From: Candidatus Latescibacterota bacterium
Lineage (GTDB): Bacteria > Latescibacterota > UBA2968 > UBA8231
Length of the DNA stretch: 46,020 bases
Assembly (NCBI GenBank): GCA_965205655.1
Contig: CBDBIJ010000114.1
Span: forward strand, 1 to 46,020
Reading direction: 5' to 3'
The notes under the pieces are model-generated. The model was given only the letters and a program-made list of their open reading frames with translations, searched no databases and was not told where the DNA came from. Positions within the stretch are counted from its first letter, which is position 1, and each line of letters starts with the position of its first letter. Made by a program: the position numbers and the translations under genes. Shown one piece after another: positions 39,174 through 46,020 of this stretch.

Positions 39174-40135
39174 GAGTGCTCATCACCGGTGGAGCGGGTT
39201 TTATTGGCTCGCACCTGGCCGAGCGACACCTGAACATGGGTGACGGGGTCTCCATTATCGACAATCTGTCAACAGGGGAGATCACGAACGTCCAGCACCT
39301 CGAGGCCAACGCGGATTTCGCGTGCAGGATCGACGACGTCCTCAACATCGAGGTCATGCGGCAACTGGTCGACGAATGCGATCTCATCTATCACCTGGCC
39401 GCGGCAGTCGGCGTCGAGTACATCCTCGAGCATCCGTTGCAATCACTGACGACGAACATTCGGGGTACCGAAATCGTCCTGGAACTGGCGAACCAGAAGA
39501 AGAAGAAGGTAGTGGTCGCGTCGACATCGGAGATCTACGGCAAAAAGAATGGGTATGTGCCGTTTCGGGAGGACAGCGACCGCATCCTGGGTCCGACGAC
39601 GGTCGTGCGGTGGAGCTATTCGACCTCGAAGGCCGTGGATGAGTTGTTCGCCCTGGCTTACTGGCGTGAAAAGCGACTACCGACCGTCATCGTGAGGCCT
39701 TTCAACGTCATCGGCCCGCGTCAGACCGGTCACTACGGCATGGTGCTGCCGCGGCTCGTCAAGCAGGCCATGCTGGGGGAGCCGATGACGGTTTACGACA
39801 ATGGTGAGCAACGGCGCTGCTGGACATACATCGACGACGCCATCGACGGACTGGTTGCGCTGGCGGGGGAAGACCGGGCAGTCGGCGAGATTTTCAATCT
39901 CGGCTCGAACTTCGAGAGCAGCATCAAGGACCTGGCCTACAAGATCAAAGAGCTGACCAACAGCGACTCCGAAGTTGCCTTCGTTCCGTACGAGCTGACG
40001 AGGCGAAACGGCCTCTACGAAGACCTCGTGTATCGCGCCCCGGATCTCGAGAAAATCCGCAACCTGGTGGGATACGACCCGAAGGTCGACCTCGAGGAGG
40101 CTCTCGGCCGAATCATCGAGGACTACAAGCGCTAG
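39170..40135 (+). CDS. NAD-dependent nucleotide-sugar epimerase/dehydratase
   Basis: TGGAGFIGSHL, HLAAAVGV, STSEIYG, YSTSK, FNVIGPRQ. Confidence 0.92.
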   Translation: MRVLITGGAGFIGSHLAERHLNMGDGVSIIDNLSTGEITNVQHLEANADFACRIDDVLNIEVMRQLVDECDLIYHLAAAVGVEYILEHPLQSLTTNIRGTEIVLELANQKKKKVVVASTSEIYGKKNGYVPFREDSDRILGPTTVVRWSYSTSKAVDELFALAYWREKRLPTVIVRPFNVIGPRQTGHYGMVLPRLVKQAMLGEPMTVYDNGEQRRCWTYIDDAIDGLVALAGEDRAVGEIFNLGSNFESSIKDLAYKIKELTNSDSEVAFVPYELTRRNGLYEDLVYRAPDLEKIRNLVGYDPKVDLEEALGRIIEDYKR

Positions 40136-40203
40136 GAATCTCCTATACTCTCAACCTCGACGAGTCCGGTGCCAGCGCTGCCAGGCCGCTCGCAGTCGGG
40201 CAG

Positions 40204-40698
40204 TCAGCCCGACTCCACGATCTTTTTTAGAAGACGCGGGATGATGAACCACTGCAGCTGACCGCTGCCACTGCACAGCTCGCCCCAACGCCTCAGATCG
40301 AGTTGAAGGCATGCAAGAGCGGCTGTGGGAAGTCGGAGGCGGCAGCCGCACAACTCGCCGATCCAGTCCTCGAGTCCCGGATTGTGGGCCACGACAAGCA
40401 CGGACTCGACTCCGCCATCCGTCTGCTGCACGACCGAAGTGAGAGTCTGCGGATCGGCCAGGTAGAGGCGGTCGTCGAAACGAATCGCCTCGGCATCGGC
40501 AACGATACGTTCAGCGGTATCGCGAGCCCGGGCAGCAGATGAGGAGAGGATGTGCTCAGGCTCTCCCCAGGCCCGCAACACGCAGGACATGCGAGGCAGG
40601 TCTCTCAGACCGCGATCGTTGAGGGTCCGTTCGAAATCGCTCTGGCCGGGAACGGTCCAGTCGGATTTGGCATGACGCATGACGAGTAGGGTTTTCAT
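40204..40698 (-). CDS. sixA: SixA-like phosphohistidine phosphatase
   Basis: MRHAKSDW, DFERTLNDRG, SSAARARDT, LY, VAHNPG, LPTA. Confidence 0.85.
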   Translation of the reverse strand: MKTLLVMRHAKSDWTVPGQSDFERTLNDRGLRDLPRMSCVLRAWGEPEHILSSSAARARDTAERIVADAEAIRFDDRLYLADPQTLTSVVQQTDGGVESVLVVAHNPGLEDWIGELCGCRLRLPTAALACLQLDLRRWGELCSGSGQLQWFIIPRLLKKIVESG

Positions 40699-40724
40699 TC
40701 TCGATCCATATGGTGTGAAGGCAG

Positions 40725-40753
40725 TTGCGCGGCCCAGATGGTCGTACTATCTT
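40725..40753 (+). promoter_or_regulatory. Putative sigma70 promoter
   Basis: TTGCGC-17 nt-TATCTT. The same -35 hexamer occurs in the promoter at 44623. Confidence 0.4.
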
Positions 40754-40811
40754 TGCGGCAACGCAAGATCACGTCCCCGCTTTGGCCAACCTGCTCCCCG
40801 CGACCTCAGCA

Positions 40812-41879
40812 ATGTCTGAACCTTTCGAAATCAACCTGTTCATCCGGCCCAGCGATCGATTCGAGCTCATCGACGTGTCGAATCGCGTACGGGAAGAAAC
40901 AGGAGACGCGCTGAACGAGTTTCGCAAGGCCCTCTACTGCTCGCTGCACACGACGGCGGGTTACCTCGAGCAGGGAGCCAGCGCCAGGCTCGGACACAAT
41001 CGCGGTCAACTGGATCCGTTCTTCAGATTCGTGCAACGTATTTTCCCACCGAACGCAGGCTACTTTCACGACCGCATGCAACTGCGGGACGAACTGACGC
41101 AAGTCCAAAAGGAAGTGGAGCCCATCAACGGAGACTCGCACCTCACGTTCATGGGCGCCGGTCTCAAGAACTGCGTCACCTATCACAACAAACCGGAGGA
41201 GCCGGTCTACTTCGTCGAGCTCGACGGGATAAACCGCGACCTCAGACGGCTGCGTCAGACGACGGTGTTGGGTTATGACCGCGAAGAGATCGTTCACCGA
41301 GGTCGAATCGAGCTGCCGGGTACTGACTCGCGCCATATCGACGCCTACAATCTGAGGGATCCGCGCTTCGGCCTGTTCGCGCAGCTCGAGGAACGGCTCG
41401 ACGGGTATGGAGTTGAGCGGGGACGCATCGACATCCGCCTGGCAGCCGAGGAGCGCGATGCGGGTCTAACGGTGAACGAATACGAAACACTGCTCATCCG
41501 AAACGACCTCCCAGAAGTGCTGCGCGACCCGCTGCGCTATATGGTAAAAAGGGGCCGCAAACTCCTGCGAGACCCAGCCTCCATTCCGGGCAAGACCCGC
41601 GATTATGCGCGCTACGATCTCATCCACCTCTACAACGAGTTCATGGACAACCTCCCCGTGGGCCGCTCCGTGGTGGACCGCCTTTTTTCAGTCCTCTCGA
41701 CTCCGGCCTACCGCATGCTGAAGCTGAAGCGCAGCATCAGCCTCCTCGTATCCACGAGCGCGGAAACAGGTCCCGAGCGGATCGTGCAGGGCACCTACCA
41801 GACGCCGATCCTGGTACAACACCATCGACCTGAGCGAGGCGTGAGATACCTCGACGTGGTGGTGCGCAGATTCAAATAG
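40812..41879 (+). CDS. Hypothetical protein with two tandem YjbQ/UPF0047-like domains
   Basis: Domain 1: IDVS, HTTAG, PPNAGYFHD, NGDSHL, FVELDG. Domain 2: AGLTVNE, NDL, QGTYQ. Confidence 0.7.
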   Translation: MSEPFEINLFIRPSDRFELIDVSNRVREETGDALNEFRKALYCSLHTTAGYLEQGASARLGHNRGQLDPFFRFVQRIFPPNAGYFHDRMQLRDELTQVQKEVEPINGDSHLTFMGAGLKNCVTYHNKPEEPVYFVELDGINRDLRRLRQTTVLGYDREEIVHRGRIELPGTDSRHIDAYNLRDPRFGLFAQLEERLDGYGVERGRIDIRLAAEERDAGLTVNEYETLLIRNDLPEVLRDPLRYMVKRGRKLLRDPASIPGKTRDYARYDLIHLYNEFMDNLPVGRSVVDRLFSVLSTPAYRMLKLKRSISLLVSTSAETGPERIVQGTYQTPILVQHHRPERGVRYLDVVVRRFK

Positions 41880-41940
41880 TGTCTCCGCTTTAGTGACCCC
41901 TCCTCGACGAGCGGTGTAAACCGCTCTCTCATAGCGGCGT

Positions 41941-43280
41941 ATGCAGGTCGATCCGACCATCTTCAAGGCCTATGACATCCGCGGTATCTACCCCGACCAG
42001 CTGAATGAGGACGTGGCCCGTGCCATCGGACGGGCCTTCGTCACCCATCTCCAACCCGCCGAAGTCGTCGTCGGTCGCGACATGCGACTATCGAGTCCGA
42101 CTTTGTTCGAGGCGGTAGTGAGCGGGCTGACTCAGCAGGGCGCCGACGTCGTCGACATCGGCATGGTGGGCACCGATCAGTACTACTTCGCCGCGGCGAC
42201 TCTCGAGAGACCGGGAGTGATGGTGACGGCGTCCACAATCCACCGCAGTACAACGGCTTCAAGATGGTGCGCCGCATGCCACACATGCTCAGCGGCAGTG
42301 AGGGCATACAGGACCTGCGCCTTCTCATAGAGTCGGAGGGTTATTCGGCGGTGGAAGCGGAGGGGGCGGTGCGGCAGAGGGACGTGAGCGACGGCTTCGT
42401 GAGAAAGGTTCTCTCCTTCGTAGACCCTTCCGGAATAGCGCCTCTCAAGGTCGTCGCCGATACCTGCAACGGCATGGCCGGTCCCGTCCTCGAGAGGGTG
42501 CTCGGCGAGCTACCGATAGACCTCACGGGTATGTTTCTCGAACCCGACGGAAACCTGCCAAACCACGGTCTCGACCCGATGCAGGAGGAGAACCGCGCCG
42601 CACTGCAGGCGTCCGTACGACAGCTGGGAGCGGACGTCGGGTTCGCCTTCGATGGGGACGGCGACCGCTTTTTCGTCATCGACGACCGCGGGCAGTTTGT
42701 ACCCGGAGATTTTCTCACAGCTTTGCTGGGCTCCTTTTTGCTCGAGTGCGAGCCCGGCGCCACGATCATCTACGACGTGCGCTGCTCCCGGGCGGTGCCG
42801 GACGTGATCGGAGCCGCCGAAGGCAGGCCCCTCATCGAGCGGGTCGGGCACGCCTTCATGAAGCCAAGAATGGCAAGCGAGGGTGCGTTGTTCGCGGGTG
42901 AGTTGAGCGGGCACTACTATTTTCGCGATTTTTTCGGAGCCGACTCGGGAATAGTTCCGGCGCTCGTCGTGCTCGACATGCTGTCCCGCAAGCGCCGGAA
43001 GCTGTCTGAACTCCTCAAGCCGCTCGAGGAGCGGTACTTCATTTCCGGGGAAATCAACTCCGAGGTGGCCGATCCGGAGGCGAAGATTGAGGAACTCGCC
43101 GAGCAATACCGTCACGGCCGCATCGAGCGCATCGACGGCATTTCCGTGAGTTTCGACGACTGGCACTTCAACGTGCGGCCCTCGAACACGGAGCCCCTCC
43201 TGCGGTTGAATCTGGAAGGAACGAGCAGGCAGCTGATGGAGGAGAAGGTCGACGAGGTGTTGAGTCTCATTCGCTGTTGA
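41941..43280 (+). pseudogene. Phosphomannomutase/phosphoglucomutase with a single-base frameshift at 42233-42234 (real lesion or sequencing error)
   Basis: FKAYDIRG, GRDMR, then VTAS followed by a frame switch to HNPPQYNGFK; FDGDGDR, GELSGH, NVRPSNTEP. Confidence 0.88.
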
Positions 43281-43323
43281 AACAGCACACTGACTCACGG
43301 CAGTTCACCGCACTACATGCGCG

Positions 43324-43350
43324 AGGGGAGGCGACTGCCTCCCCTTTTTT
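43324..43350 (+). terminator. Intrinsic terminator directly upstream of the flippase start
   Basis: AGGGGAGGC-GACT-GCCTCCCCT followed by TTTTT. Confidence 0.75.
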
Positions 43351-43353
43351 CGT

Positions 43354-44610
43354 ATGAATTTCTTCCGCGGGTTTTCGATCAACGTCATCTGCATGGGGCT
43401 GGCGTTCGCGCTGGGGTTTGCCAATCAAGTGCTTATCGCCCGCGGTCTGGGTGAGGAGGGGAGAGGTCATCTCGCTCTCGTCGCCACGACCGTCATGTTC
43501 GCGACATTGCTTCTGGGGGAGTGGCTCAATCGGGGAAACACATTCGTCACAAGCAAGGAGGGACAGAGCAGCCAGGCGCTGAGCAATACGTCCCTCTACG
43601 GGATGGGGCTCGCCGTCATTCTAGCAGCGGCAGCAGTTGCGGCCGGCCCCCAGCTGCGGCACCTCATGCCCTTTCTCGGCGCAGACTGGTCGCACTATGT
43701 TATTGTCGCCATCATTCTCGCCGTGGTCATGCAGCGAGCGACGCAGGCGATTATCCTGGGTCAGAACAGGATGGCTCTCTATGCGGTGCTGCCCTTGGTC
43801 ACGGCCGTCGTCTACCTGACCGGCACCGTCCTTGCCCTGCACGTCTGGCAGGCGAGCCTGCCTGGCATCCTGATCGCCTGGCTCAGCGGGGTCGCCGTCA
43901 CTTTCGCCGTGACTTTTGTCTACAGCTTGACCGGCAGATCGGACTCCAGGGGCCGAACCGGGAAAGGTCTTTCCTGGGACGGGTCTCTCTTTGGCAGAGC
44001 CGCCGCCGTAGGCGGGCGGGGCGCCGTATCCGCGGTGCTGATCTTTCTGCTGTTCCGCTCTGACATCTACCTCGTCAAATACTTTATGGGCGCCGAGGCG
44101 CTCGGCGTCTACATGATCGCCGTCGTCATTGCCGAGATGATGCAGCGGTTGCCGAATATCGCCGGCACGGTGCTGCTACCAAGGGTGATCGCAGGCCCAA
44201 ATGACAGCGACGTGCTGAGCGCGGCTGTGGCGCGAAACATCCTCCTGTTCTCGACGGCCGCGGCAGCCGTGCTCCTCCTGTTCGGCAGACAGATTGTCAG
44301 CATCTTCGGTCCGGAGTTTGCCGGCGCCTTCGCACCGCTGGTGTGGATGCTGCCGGGACTCATCGCCAGTGGCCTCGGGTCCGTTCTCAACACGAGGCTG
44401 GCGGGCAAAGGCTATCCGGCGATCACCATCTGGGCGCCGAGTATCGCCCTGGCGGTCAACGTGGTCCTCAACATCCTGCTCATCCCAACCCACGGCCTGG
44501 TGGGCGCCGCCGTGGCAACATCGGCGGCCTACATCATCTGGGCTGCGTTTGTGACAGTGCGGTACTGCCGTCTGGCGTCGACGAGCGTCTGGAGCGTCCT
44601 GAAGGGTTAG
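43354..44610 (+). CDS. Wzx-type polysaccharide flippase (MATE/PST superfamily)
   Basis: Numerous TM segments; IARGLGEEGRG, RSDIYLVKYF, GVY.IA, NVVLNILLIPTHGLVGAAVATS. Confidence 0.88.
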   Translation: MNFFRGFSINVICMGLAFALGFANQVLIARGLGEEGRGHLALVATTVMFATLLLGEWLNRGNTFVTSKEGQSSQALSNTSLYGMGLAVILAAAAVAAGPQLRHLMPFLGADWSHYVIVAIILAVVMQRATQAIILGQNRMALYAVLPLVTAVVYLTGTVLALHVWQASLPGILIAWLSGVAVTFAVTFVYSLTGRSDSRGRTGKGLSWDGSLFGRAAAVGGRGAVSAVLIFLLFRSDIYLVKYFMGAEALGVYMIAVVIAEMMQRLPNIAGTVLLPRVIAGPNDSDVLSAAVARNILLFSTAAAAVLLLFGRQIVSIFGPEFAGAFAPLVWMLPGLIASGLGSVLNTRLAGKGYPAITIWAPSIALAVNVVLNILLIPTHGLVGAAVATSAAYIIWAAFVTVRYCRLASTSVWSVLKG

Positions 44611-44622
44611 GCTCGCGAATTG

Positions 44623-44651
44623 TTGCGCTGCAGAAGGGCCGGCGGTACAAT
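44623..44651 (+). promoter_or_regulatory. Putative sigma70 promoter giving a near-leaderless transcript
   Basis: TTGCGC-17 nt-TACAAT, with the ATG only 9 nt after the -10 box. Confidence 0.55.
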
Positions 44652-44660
44652 GAGTAAGTA

Positions 44661-46020
44661 ATGACCACCTTCGCTCAATCGACATCCCGGCCGCAACTGG
44701 ATCGCCGCTGGTTCGCCATCTTCGCGTTTTTTCTGGCGTTGCTCGTCGCCGCCGCATTATTGGTGCCGTCGTCGGTGGTGTACGGAACCTGCATCGGCAT
44801 CGCCGCCGGCATCTTCCTCGTCTTCATCGGGCTCTATCCATGGATCGTCGTGCCGGGCATCATCATCACGACTGGGCTGGACATCACCGGCAGGCTCGTG
44901 AAGGACATCGGAATCGGCATTCCGCTGACTGGCTTCCACGCTGCCCTCGGCCTCATGCTGATCGGCATCGCCGTCAACACGTTCGGTCGCCGCCGCACCA
45001 CCTTCCCCGAGTTCGAACTCAAAGGTCCCCTCGCTCTGCTGCTGGGAGTCATGGCGATTTCACTGACCTACACGCCGGCTCTCGCCGATGGTACGATCGG
45101 CCTGATGCGAACGCTGTGTCTCGTCATCTTCCTGTACGGCGCCCAGGTCATGATCGATTCGCGCCGCGCCATCAACCTCGTGCTCATTTCGATGGCCGTC
45201 GCCCTCGTCCTCGGGTCCACCATGGCCATCGTCCAGATTACCACCGAGCAGTTCTTTCTGCCGGCTAGCTTCGTCATCGCGGTGGGGGCCAACGCGCCGC
45301 GAGCGGTGGGGACCTTCCACAACCCCAACACCTTCGGGACCTTCATGATGTGCGGCACCGTTCTGCTTTTCGGCGTGCTCATCAACTGTCCGCTATCCCG
45401 GTGGAAGAAGTTGCTCGTGTTTCTGCCACTTGCCATAGGTGCCACGGGTCTGGTCGTGACCTTCAGCCGCTCCAACTGGGTAGCTGCAATGGCCGGTGGG
45501 ATGGTGGCTCTGGCGATGGCTCGCAAACTGCGGTACGTGTTTTACGTGGGGATCGCCGCTTTCGGGGCCGTACTGGTAGTGAAGGAGTTCGTGCCCTTCG
45601 CCGACCACATCTTTGCGCGTTTCGTGTCAATCTTCACGATCGTCGAGAATTTCGGCGACCTGGGCAGGGAGTCGAGCTCGGTGCGAGTCTACTTCATCAT
45701 CGCCGGATTGATGATGTGGCTCGACCACCCGCTGCTCGGAGCGGGATGGCGCGCCTTCCCGGTGCTGTTCGACGACTACAAGCCGGTGGACTTCCCCTAC
45801 TGGGTTCCGACCAAGGAGTCGCACACCTTGTTCGCCGGCATACTGGCAGAGCTGGGCCTCATCGGTTTTCTGGCGTCGGTCTGGGTCGTGTGGCGCACTC
45901 TGCAGCGGGGATTCGCGGCGCTGCCAGGCATAGAGGACGAATACATCAAAGGCGTCCTCATCTCCCTGCTGTCCGTTTTCGTCGCCTTTCAGGTGAGCCT
46001 GACCTTCACCGCCGATTTCA
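44661..46020 (+). CDS. O-antigen ligase/polymerase (Wzy_C) family membrane protein, 3'-truncated by the window
   Basis: Manual translation from ATG 44661: multi-TM, RAVGTFHNPNTFG, TFSRSNW, DHPLLGAGW, SHTL..ILAELGLIG. Confidence 0.88.
   Translation, partial: MTTFAQSTSRPQLDRRWFAIFAFFLALLVAAALLVPSSVVYGTCIGIAAGIFLVFIGLYPWIVVPGIIITTGLDITGRLVKDIGIGIPLTGFHAALGLMLIGIAVNTFGRRRTTFPEFELKGPLALLLGVMAISLTYTPALADGTIGLMRTLCLVIFLYGAQVMIDSRRAINLVLISMAVALVLGSTMAIVQITTEQFFLPASFVIAVGANAPRAVGTFHNPNTFGTFMMCGTVLLFGVLINCPLSRWKKLLVFLPLAIGATGLVVTFSRSNWVAAMAGGMVALAMARKLRYVFYVGIAAFGAVLVVKEFVPFADHIFARFVSIFTIVENFGDLGRESSSVRVYFIIAGLMMWLDHPLLGAGWRAFPVLFDDYKPVDFPYWVPTKESHTLFAGILAELGLIGFLASVWVVWRTLQRGFAALPGIEDEYIKGVLISLLSVFVAFQVSLTFTADF

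Noticed and set aside
43276..43289. The 14-mer GTTGAAACAGCACA matches the reverse complement of part of the IS256 left end (~629-642)
   Set aside because: Several chance 14-mer matches are expected in 46 kb. The flanks do not match and there is no transposase or target duplication nearby.
1..46020. CRISPR arrays, tRNA/rRNA genes, prophage or defence systems
   Set aside because: No regularly spaced repeats, cloverleaf or rRNA signatures, or phage/defence motifs were seen. Intergenic gaps are mostly too short to hold them.

Overview
This is a GC-rich bacterial chromosomal window of mostly housekeeping and cell-envelope genes. No rRNA, tRNA or CRISPR array was seen. From left to right it carries: the 5' part of an IS256-family element; a gluconolactonase-like gene and ferritin; a ~1.3 kb mosaic of truncated gene fragments; a first glycosylation cluster (GT-C, RmlD-like, two GT2 genes, with an aldo/keto reductase and a DUF255-like lipoprotein); and an ABC permease/ATPase pair split by an intact IS630 inserted at the permease stop codon. 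Next comes a ~14 kb co-oriented aromatic amino acid supra-operon (trpE-trpG-trpD-trpC-trpS-chorismate mutase-tyrA-aroA-like-small ORF-aroE-argS-small Zn-finger ORF-aroK-aroB-rimO-DUF971). After a BatA/vWA gene and a PTS IIA gene on the minus strand there is a second surface-polysaccharide cluster ending in a frameshifted phosphomannomutase, a flippase and a partial O-antigen ligase. The most notable observations are (1) a translational attenuator whose 31-aa leader contains W-W-R-F-W-Y-Y and so could sense all three aromatic amino acids, (2) a full-length, open aroA homologue that has lost nearly all EPSP synthase active-site motifs and is coupled to an unannotated 46-aa membrane peptide, and (3) a tandem YjbQ-like protein with motifs split between its halves. 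All family assignments come from motif recognition by eye; no database searches were run.
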